A stretch of 24,000 nucleotides of DNA from Candidatus Bathyarchaeota archaeon. Its GTDB lineage: Archaea > Thermoproteota > Bathyarchaeia > 40CM-2-53-6. The notes below the pieces were generated by a model. The model did not search any database. It was not told the DNA's origin and was given only the letters and a program-made list of their open reading frames with translations. Shown here one piece after another: positions 16,846 through 23,297 of the stretch. The position numbers were made by a program, and so were the translations under genes. Location of the stretch: contig CAVTBR010000003.1 of NCBI GenBank assembly GCA_963733055.1, positions 564,729 through 588,728 on the forward strand. Direction: 5' to 3'. Each line of letters starts with the position of its first letter. Positions within the stretch are counted from its first letter, which is position 1.

Positions 16846-19668
16846 TCAACGTGTACGCCTCCGACGAAGGATCGCAAGCGTGCCTACACCAACAACGATT
16901 CCCGCTAAGATCGATTCAATCGGGAACCCGGGTATCAATCCTCCAGGAGTAACATTGAGGGTTAGTGTAAACACTTGGCCACCGCTCGTTGTGACCGTGA
17001 TTGTCTGTGTTGAAGTGACTCCATTCTTGCTGAGCGTAACTGTGTATGTTCCTGGCGGAACCGTGAAGGTAACCAGTCCTTGCGAATTCGTAACACCCTG
17101 CACTGGTGCTGGCAAACATGGCGTGAAAGCTGTGGGCGTAAGCACCACGTTAACGCCTGAAAGCGGGTTGCCTTGGTTGTCAACAACTTTGATGGTTAGG
17201 GTTACGTTGGGAGGACACACTGACGTAGTGGTCGACGATATCGTCGTAGTGAGAGCTGTGGTTTGAGTTGAGACCGTCGAGACGACGATCGAAGTTGATG
17301 TGGTGGAGAATATTCCGCCATACGTTGAAAATCTCAGAATTGTCGAAAGTGGGGTCTTGTAGCCGTACAGGCCAACAGGTCCTGCCTCTTTGAAGTAAGA
17401 GGCACTCACGAAGTCAGGACTTCCGCCCACGACCCAACCATTCGTCTCGCTCGTCATGTAGACTGAACTGAGAATCGGCGGGATCTCACCTAACAGTGCC
17501 GGTGATAGGGTTACGTGCTCCCAGGATACTCCATCCCAGTGAAAGATTGTTGCGACTAATTTGCCTGGGAACCCGACGGCCCATCCGTCGTTCGGGGCGT
17601 CAAGGAAAACTGACTTGAGAGTTGCACTTGTGTGTCCAAGAGATGTGATTCCGCCGGGGATTGTCGGAGTAGCCACCGGTTCCCATTTGGTTCCGTCCCA
17701 ATAGATTATGACCGGCCCAGCAGAAAATGAGCTGGCAGCTTGAATTCCTCCGACAGCCCAGCCAGATGTTGGAGTGAGCAGGAAAACTGATGTCAGGTTT
17801 GCGTCCAGGGACAGAGTGGGAGAACCACTCACAGTGACCAAATTCCAAGTTCCGACCCCTCCGCTAACCGTGTAGTGCAGAATCGTCGCATTGTCACCAA
17901 CCGCCCAGCCCTCATTTGCAGTAACCATGAAAACAGAATTCAATCCATGCACTGCAGCAGGGCTAGAAGGTGCCGGGAAGACCGCCCACGTTCCTACGCC
18001 CCCGGTAACCGTGTAATGCAAAATGATTCCTGTTGGATATGGGGAAGCGACTTGTTCTCCGACCGCCCAGCCCTCATTCGAACTAACCATGAAGATCGAT
18101 TTCAGAGAATACTGCCCTGGAGGCGGCGTAATCGTATTCCATGAACCTCCCGTGAAATGCAGGATAATAGGGCATGGAGCGACACTGCAACTTGCAGTTG
18201 GATGTGGTCCTCCGCCAACTGCCCAAACATCACCAGAGTTTACCATAAACACTGAATTCAGATTGTTCGTCGTTCCTATCGCAACGCCTTTCGTCCACGC
18301 GAACCCGTTCCAATGATAGATTGTCGGTTCGAACGGCGTTACGCCATCTGTAACCGACGAGTTGCCAACAGCCCAACCGTCATTGGGATTGATTGAACCG
18401 CCCACGATACTTGCATCGCAAGTTCGCAGTACAAGGCATGGTTCGCCAAACGAGATCGAAGTGAAGTTGTTGATTGTCGGACTAGTAACCGTCCCATAAT
18501 TCACGCCATCAAAGTGAACGATGACACCATCCGTTCCAACAACCCAACCGTCATTTGCTGAATTGAAGAAGCCTGACGCGAAGTTCAGCAATGATACAGG
18601 TGACGTTGGAACTAAGTTTGAGGGAAGGAGAGTCCAAGTCCCACCTGAGTAATGTAAAATCGACCCTTTAGCCCCAAACGCCCAGCCTTCAGTTGAACTA
18701 ACCATGAAAACCGAAAACAGATTATTCGACGTAGTTCCCGGGCTCACGGGGCCTGACCAAATCCCAGTTGAGTAATGAATTATGATTCCCCCATCGCCCA
18801 CCGCCCAGCCTTCCGTGGGTGAAATCATGTAGACCGATCTGAGAGACGTACAAGCAGGAGGAGTGATAGGGAGAGAAGCTGGACAGCTGTCTACTGGCGA
18901 GGTGAAAGTATTCCATACTCCACCAAAGTAGTGGAAGATAATTCCCCCCGCGCCAACAGCCCATCCCTCTGTAGAACTAACCATGAAAACTGAATAGATC
19001 CCGCACTTCGGTGCTGTGATAACCGCGGGGCAGGCAACTGGGGCTTGCGGCATGTTCCATCCTCCGCCGAGACCCGGGACACCGGTCCAATGCCAGAAGA
19101 CGCCCATACTTCCCGCTTGGTTCTGTCCTACAGCCCAAATGTCTGTACTGCTGACCATGAAAGCGGACCATAGCGGACCCGCGTTAGGTGCTGATAATCC
19201 AGCCAACTGACTCCGCCAAGTAATGCCGTCCCAATGAAGGGCAAGAGACACATTTTGTGAAAGTGGCGTACTGTTGTATCCGACGGCCCATCCATCAGTA
19301 CCCAGAGGCGTTATGGGATTGCCCGGCGGCCCGAAGGTGACCGAAGTCAAATTGTAAGCTGCTTGCTTGGCTGGAAAATCGGCAATCTTGGGAGCTGGGA
19401 CAAGGTTCCAGGTTGACCCATCGTAGTGAAATATCGCTGGTAAAGCGGTTGTGTCATTGGTTGTTGGTCTAGAATCTCCGACCGCCCAGCCGTTCGTGGC
19501 AGAGAGCATGTAGATCGAATTGAGTTGTGGGTTGGCTGGCGGGCTAATGTATGCGTCTGGGTTGATGTCGCGCCAGACTCCCATTTGGGCGGTTGCGGGA
19601 ACTGCGGAAACTGCTAGGGCGATTAGCGTAATGCCGATAATCATTGCACAGAGTCTTGTCTTTCTCAT
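16846..19668 (-). CDS. cell-surface protein with 14 Ycf48/BNR-like beta-propeller blades, a short S/T linker, a carboxypeptidase-regulatory-like (Cna-B-type) beta-sandwich and a PGF-CTERM signal
   Basis: The likely start is the ATG at 19668, giving signal peptide 'MRKTRLCAMIIGITLIALAVSAVPATA|QMGVWRDINP'. The track's start at 19722 would include the TATA-like region. There are 14 blades with the consensus 'L.SV[FY]MVS..EGWAVG..G.I[LI]H[YF].GG.W'. 'VTLTIKVVDNQGNPLSGVNVVL...TNSQGLVTFTVPPGTYTVTLSKNG' is a CarboxypepD_reg-like domain. The C-terminus is 'PGFPIESILAGIVVGVGTLAILRRRRTR'. Confidence 0.85.
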   Translation of the reverse strand: MRKTRLCAMIIGITLIALAVSAVPATAQMGVWRDINPDAYISPPANPQLNSIYMLSATNGWAVGDSRPTTNDTTALPAIFHYDGSTWNLVPAPKIADFPAKQAAYNLTSVTFGPPGNPITPLGTDGWAVGYNSTPLSQNVSLALHWDGITWRSQLAGLSAPNAGPLWSAFMVSSTDIWAVGQNQAGSMGVFWHWTGVPGLGGGWNMPQAPVACPAVITAPKCGIYSVFMVSSTEGWAVGAGGIIFHYFGGVWNTFTSPVDSCPASLPITPPACTSLRSVYMISPTEGWAVGDGGIIIHYSTGIWSGPVSPGTTSNNLFSVFMVSSTEGWAFGAKGSILHYSGGTWTLLPSNLVPTSPVSLLNFASGFFNSANDGWVVGTDGVIVHFDGVNYGTVTSPTINNFTSISFGEPCLVLRTCDASIVGGSINPNDGWAVGNSSVTDGVTPFEPTIYHWNGFAWTKGVAIGTTNNLNSVFMVNSGDVWAVGGGPHPTASCSVAPCPIILHFTGGSWNTITPPPGQYSLKSIFMVSSNEGWAVGEQVASPYPTGIILHYTVTGGVGTWAVFPAPSSPAAVHGLNSVFMVTANEGWAVGDNATILHYTVSGGVGTWNLVTVSGSPTLSLDANLTSVFLLTPTSGWAVGGIQAASSFSAGPVIIYWDGTKWEPVATPTIPGGITSLGHTSATLKSVFLDAPNDGWAVGFPGKLVATIFHWDGVSWEHVTLSPALLGEIPPILSSVYMTSETNGWVVGGSPDFVSASYFKEAGPVGLYGYKTPLSTILRFSTYGGIFSTTSTSIVVSTVSTQTTALTTTISSTTTSVCPPNVTLTIKVVDNQGNPLSGVNVVLTPTAFTPCLPAPVQGVTNSQGLVTFTVPPGTYTVTLSKNGVTSTQTITVTTSGGQVFTLTLNVTPGGLIPGFPIESILAGIVVGVGTLAILRRRRTR
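16849..16932 (-). other. PGF-CTERM sorting signal
   Basis: Codons for P-G-F-P lie at 16932-16921 on the minus strand, followed by a 19-residue hydrophobic helix and 'RRRRTR' before the stop. Confidence 0.8.
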
Positions 19669-19709
19669 CGGGAACCAACTTGACAGTGATGAGAGTCGCC
19701 TGTTCTGCA

Positions 19710-19725
19710 CAATTAATAACATTAA
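19710..19725 (-). promoter_or_regulatory. putative TATA region for the 958/941-aa surface-protein gene (minus strand reads CTTAATGTTATTAATT)
   Basis: This is the only strongly AT-rich element upstream. It is centred about 47 nt upstream of the ATG at 19668 and lies inside the longer ORF call, which argues for the shorter start. Confidence 0.35.
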
Positions 19726-19889
19726 GTAAGCATTACATGTTAAACCGTAGCATGTCTTTGGCCTAATTCTTGTCGCAAAGATGATTTCACAATGCAGAGT
19801 AACCCTCGGACCCCTCCCGCTCTCTCAGAGGGCAACTTTAGGCCTAGCTGGACGGCACCCTCCGGTTTCGACTGGAGATTTGAGGCGCC

Positions 19890-20183
19890 TTGATAATCTC
19901 GCTCAAGCTTTACGGAGTCTTCAGATCAGCCGCTGGAGCGGAGAGGATTGAGCTGGACATTCCTGTAAATGAACCAACAGTCCGAGCAGCCATATCCGAC
20001 ATAGCCAGTAGATCAAACCTTAGCCAGCTGAAACAACTCGTATTCGACGGAGAAACACATGACCCGCGCCCTAACGCCTTGATTATGGTTTCAGGCCGTG
20101 AGATCAGCACGCTGAACGGTTTAGATACGAAGCTGAAGGTTAGCGACGAATTAGCTTTGCTTCCGATCGCACACGGAGGATAA
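19890..20183 (+). CDS. MoaD/ThiS/SAMP-type ubiquitin-like beta-grasp protein ending in Gly-Gly
   Basis: 97 aa. 'ALIMVSGREIS...LDTKLKVSDELALLPIAHGG*' fits the MoaD family pattern (...vNg....l...L.dgDe.a..PpvsGG), and the stop codon follows the diglycine directly. The start is TTG. Confidence 0.7.
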   Translation: MIISLKLYGVFRSAAGAERIELDIPVNEPTVRAAISDIASRSNLSQLKQLVFDGETHDPRPNALIMVSGREISTLNGLDTKLKVSDELALLPIAHGG

Positions 20184-21065
20184 AAGCCCATTCATACTTC
20201 CAGAGCGATACCCAGTCATATCCAAGGCCACGTGAGCATACCCTAAAACGCGAAGAGCCTCCGAAATCTTATCGAGAAGTTGCTCGTCGAAGAACAAGTT
20301 TCTCTCGCTCTTTCCAACTTCGATCCTAGCTATGCTTCCGTGGTCTCGCACCCGAAGTTCCTTCACACCCGTTAGCGACCGAATCGTGGTCTCCGCCCGT
20401 TCGATACGCAACAACCTCTCGGGAGTAATCACTTCACCATAGGCAACTCTCGAGGACAAACACGGCATTGAGGGCTTGTCGTGATTAGGCAACCCAAGAG
20501 ATTTGGCTAACTCCCTAACCTCGTCCTTCATCATTCCCGCGTCTGAGAGTGGTCTCCGAATTCCCCTCTCAGATAGCGCTGCGGCTCCTGGCCTGTGGCC
20601 GATCAGATCCTCCGCATTGGTACCGTCCACGATCGTGTAATCTCCGAGTTCTCTCGCCAAGTCCACAAGTTTCTCCCCTAACTCCTTCTTGCAGAAGTAG
20701 CAACGGTTCACAGGATTGGCTACGTAGTTTGAGTCCTGCAGTTCATCCGTCTTGACGACGATGTGCTTGATTCCGATACGACCGGCGAGCTCCTTCGCTT
20801 CCCGAAGCTCAGATGACGGAAGGCTTGGCGAATCTGCCGTGACTGCGATTGCTCCATCTTCGAGCGCCATCTTCGCGAGAAGTGCCATGAGACTACTATC
20901 TACGCCTCCGGAAAAAGCAACCATTACCTTTCGGAAACTCGTCAGTTCGTTTAGGATTCGCGTGGCTTTCGCGCAAAGCTCCGGTGATAGCCCGAGGTCT
21001 TGGAAGGTCGGTAATCCACTCGGGCTCTCTTCTGTTAACATTTTATGAGACCTCTCGCAGCTCAT
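20151..21065 (-). CDS. larE: LarE, ATP-dependent sulfur transferase for nickel-pincer nucleotide (NPN) cofactor synthesis (PP-loop ATPase)
   Basis: PP-loop 'VMVAFSGGVDSSLMA', 'NRCYFCKKELG', 'VDGTNAEDL', 'PSMPCLSSRVAYGE' (the Cys-containing loop) and 'GYRSGSMN' near the C-terminus. Met9 (MLTEES...) is a possible alternative start. Confidence 0.85.
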   Translation of the reverse strand: MSCERSHKMLTEESPSGLPTFQDLGLSPELCAKATRILNELTSFRKVMVAFSGGVDSSLMALLAKMALEDGAIAVTADSPSLPSSELREAKELAGRIGIKHIVVKTDELQDSNYVANPVNRCYFCKKELGEKLVDLARELGDYTIVDGTNAEDLIGHRPGAAALSERGIRRPLSDAGMMKDEVRELAKSLGLPNHDKPSMPCLSSRVAYGEVITPERLLRIERAETTIRSLTGVKELRVRDHGSIARIEVGKSERNLFFDEQLLDKISEALRVLGYAHVALDMTGYRSGSMNGLLSSVCDRKQS

Positions 21066-21098
21066 GATACTTAGGCGTTTCCTAGTTGGCGAAACCTG

Positions 21099-21875
21099 TT
21101 GCGTGAAACTCTCGAAAAGCTTGCACAGGGCAAGATCTCCGTTGATGAAGCAGAGAAAGCGTTGAAGATGAACATTGTTGAAAATGTGGGCAATGTGGCG
21201 AAGCTTGATGTCGGTAGGGAAAAGAGACGCAGCGTTCCAGAAATAGTATTCGCGGAAGGAAAAAGTAAGGAAGATCTCGACGCTATTTGCAAGACGATGC
21301 TCGAGAAGACCGGGCGCATAATAGTCACCCGGCTAGACAATCAACAAATCGACGAATTACAAACCAAGTTCCACGCTTACGATACTCAGGTGTCCCCGCA
21401 CGCCAAGTCACTGGTCGTTAGAAGGAAGGAATATCATGGCCCGAAAACCGGGGGACGGATTGGTGTCCTGACGGCGGGCACTGTGGATTTGGCAGTGGCT
21501 GAGGAGGCCGTGATGATCGCGCAGGAGATGGGATGTGAAACATTCTTGGAGGCTGATGCCGGTGTGGCAGGAATTCATCGGTTAGTGGAACCCTTGAAGA
21601 GGATGTTGGCTAATGATGTGGATTGCCTAATTGTTGTGGCCGGTCGAGAAGGTGCGCTTCCCACAGTCGTCGCGGGGTTAGTAGATCTACCACTGATCGC
21701 CGTCCCGGCCTCATCCGGTTACGGCTATGGAGGCAAGGGGGAAGCAGCGTTGATGGCCATGTTGCAGGCTTGTTCTCTAGGCTTGGCAGTAGTCAATATT
21801 GACTCGGGCGTTGCTGCGGGTGTTGTTGCGGCACAGGTAGCGAATCGGGTTGCTCGTGCGAGGGCGTCTCATTAA
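21099..21875 (+). CDS. larB: LarB, pyridinium-3,5-biscarboxylic acid mononucleotide synthase (PurE-like NaAD carboxylase/hydrolase)
   Basis: 'DVGREKRRSVPEIVFAEGKSKEDL...GRIIVTRL' is the LarB N-terminal region. It is followed by a PurE-like domain, 'IGVLTAGTVDLAVAEEA...LIVVAGREGALPTVVAGLVDLPLIAVPASSGYG'. The start is TTG and the gene is divergent from larE across a 33-nt gap. Confidence 0.9.
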   Translation: MRETLEKLAQGKISVDEAEKALKMNIVENVGNVAKLDVGREKRRSVPEIVFAEGKSKEDLDAICKTMLEKTGRIIVTRLDNQQIDELQTKFHAYDTQVSPHAKSLVVRRKEYHGPKTGGRIGVLTAGTVDLAVAEEAVMIAQEMGCETFLEADAGVAGIHRLVEPLKRMLANDVDCLIVVAGREGALPTVVAGLVDLPLIAVPASSGYGYGGKGEAALMAMLQACSLGLAVVNIDSGVAAGVVAAQVANRVARARASH

Positions 21876-22814
21876 TCAGGATACGCTTACGGTTTTCAAG
21901 TGGCCGCACGCCGCTTTTACAACATCAACAGACTTCATGAAAGCGGTCCTCTCATCGTTATTCAATTTCAGTTCAATCACGCGCTCAACGCCTCGCGCAC
22001 CAAGAACCGCGGGAACGTCCACGTAGACATCCTTCAAGCCATACTCGCCGTTTAGATGTGCCGTGAGGCATAGAACCATCTTCTTGTCTTTGATGATGCT
22101 CTCAACCATTCTCGTTATTCCGTGTGCTGGAGCGAAAATCGTTGCTCCTTTGAGCGCTATCACTTCGGCCGCGATCTTCCTTGTCCGATCGATAGCCTCG
22201 TTTACTTGAGACTGAGAAAGCAATTCAGTGATGGGTGCACCGTTCACTGTTGAGAATCTGGGAAGGGGAACCATCGAGTCGCCGTGTTCGCCGATCACAA
22301 CGGCATGGATTGAGCTCGTTGATACTTTCAGAGCCTTGGCGATGAAGTACTTGAACCGCATCGTATCAAGCATCCCACTCTGTCCGAAGACTCTCAAGGG
22401 TTCGAACCCGGTAACCTTCCACGCCAAGAAAGTCATAACGTCAAGCGGGTTGGTAACCATCAACACAAGTGTCTTCGGAGCATACTCCCGAATCTTCTCG
22501 CAAATATCTCGAATTATGGTTTCATTCTTCTCCTGCAAATCGAGGCGCGTCATGCCTGGCTTCCTTCCCAGCCCCCCGATCACGACAACAAGATCCGAAC
22601 CCGCGATGTCTTTGTAATCGTTCGATCCGACTATATCGAGATCCGTTCCCTGCTCTGCCACCATTTGCCCCAAGTCAAGAGCCTCGCCTTGAGGTAGTCC
22701 CTGAATGATGTCGACGAGCCTAAGATCGCCAAGCTCTCTTTGAGCAACCTGAAGCGCCACCGCGCTTCCTAATTTACCCGTACCAATAATCGAGATTAGT
22801 TTCCGCGCAGTCAA
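21876..22814 (-). CDS. mdh: malate dehydrogenase, LDH-like type (NAD-dependent)
   Basis: 'ISIIGTGKLGSAVA' (NAD fold), 'GLGRKPGMTRLDL' with Arg at the substrate-discriminating position (Arg in MDH, Gln in LDH), and 'VIGEHGDSMVP' (catalytic His). The start is TTG. Confidence 0.9.
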   Translation of the reverse strand: MTARKLISIIGTGKLGSAVALQVAQRELGDLRLVDIIQGLPQGEALDLGQMVAEQGTDLDIVGSNDYKDIAGSDLVVVIGGLGRKPGMTRLDLQEKNETIIRDICEKIREYAPKTLVLMVTNPLDVMTFLAWKVTGFEPLRVFGQSGMLDTMRFKYFIAKALKVSTSSIHAVVIGEHGDSMVPLPRFSTVNGAPITELLSQSQVNEAIDRTRKIAAEVIALKGATIFAPAHGITRMVESIIKDKKMVLCLTAHLNGEYGLKDVYVDVPAVLGARGVERVIELKLNNDERTAFMKSVDVVKAACGHLKTVSVS

Positions 22815-23023
22815 CCATTACACCAAGAAACTACTTCTTTCTCTTGCATATGGTCTAATCGTTTTTGTCAATTCGCATGTCGGCACGATATGATTCTGAT
22901 ATACACTTTGTCTATTTCGCGGGAAAGTTCGCGTGTTTGGGTTCTCTAGCAAGGCTTTTATGGGTTGAACATCCGCTAAACTTAACTCGATTCAGAAAGG
23001 GGAGGGAATGTTCATTGGCTGAA

Positions 23024-23161
23024 ATGTTTTGTGTAAAGTGTAAAGAGAAGAAAACTGTTCCTGACGATCAGACTACGATGGAGAAGACAGCTAAGGGCCG
23101 CAACATGATGCGCGCGACCTGTCCAACCTGCGGCACAAAGATGACGAAGTTCACGAAGTAG
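23024..23161 (+). CDS. small zinc-ribbon protein (45 aa), DUF5679-like
   Basis: 'MFCVKCKEKKTVPDDQTTMEKTAKGRNMMRATCPTCGTKMTKFTK' has a CxxC...CxxC motif. AGGGGAGGG lies about 18-25 nt upstream of this ATG. The 53-codon N-terminal extension in the track (from 22865) has non-protein-like composition. Confidence 0.6.
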   Translation: MFCVKCKEKKTVPDDQTTMEKTAKGRNMMRATCPTCGTKMTKFTK

Positions 23162-23297
23162 TGCACTCCTTACATAAATTGAGAAACTGGTCCACTATTT
23201 CCATCAGTCGCTAGGATCGAACGACTCAAACATCCCACTTTTCATCGGGAGTATCCACTAGCAAGCCTTAGAGGCAGGGTAATCCACCCCCCCTTCA

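Noticed and set aside
16880-18316. Plus-strand ORFs 16880..17266, 17875..18144, 18023..18316 and 19016..19210, plus several minus-strand off-frame ORFs, all inside the 958-aa gene
   Set aside because: They lie antisense or out of frame within a long ORF that has a clear 14-fold repeat structure. Their compositions (Pro/Arg/Val-rich) are typical shadow ORFs.
19686-19692. C-box-like 'GTGATGA', with others at 11653 and 21501, suggesting C/D-box sRNAs
   Set aside because: No appropriately spaced D box (CTGA) or terminal stem is present. Two of the three lie inside well-supported CDSs.
19669-19722. Longer start of the 958-aa ORF ('MLLIVQNRRLSSLSSWFP...')
   Set aside because: The extension would bury the signal peptide behind 18 non-hydrophobic residues and contains the only TATA-like AT-rich element. 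The ATG at 19668 gives a canonical signal peptide parallel to that of the paralog.
22228-22708. Plus-strand ORFs 22228..22617 and 22469..22708
   Set aside because: They lie antisense within the strongly supported mdh gene and are shadow ORFs.
22865-23023. N-terminal 53-codon extension of the zinc-ribbon ORF (TTG start at 22865)
   Set aside because: The extension has odd composition and spans what looks like promoter DNA shared with mdh. A Shine-Dalgarno-like AGGGGAGGG precedes the internal ATG at 23024, and that start yields a compact CxxC...CxxC protein.
23214-23222. 'ggatcgaac', resembling the reverse complement of a tRNA T-loop
   Set aside because: The loop is one base short of GGATTCGAAC and has no complementary acceptor or T stems around it.
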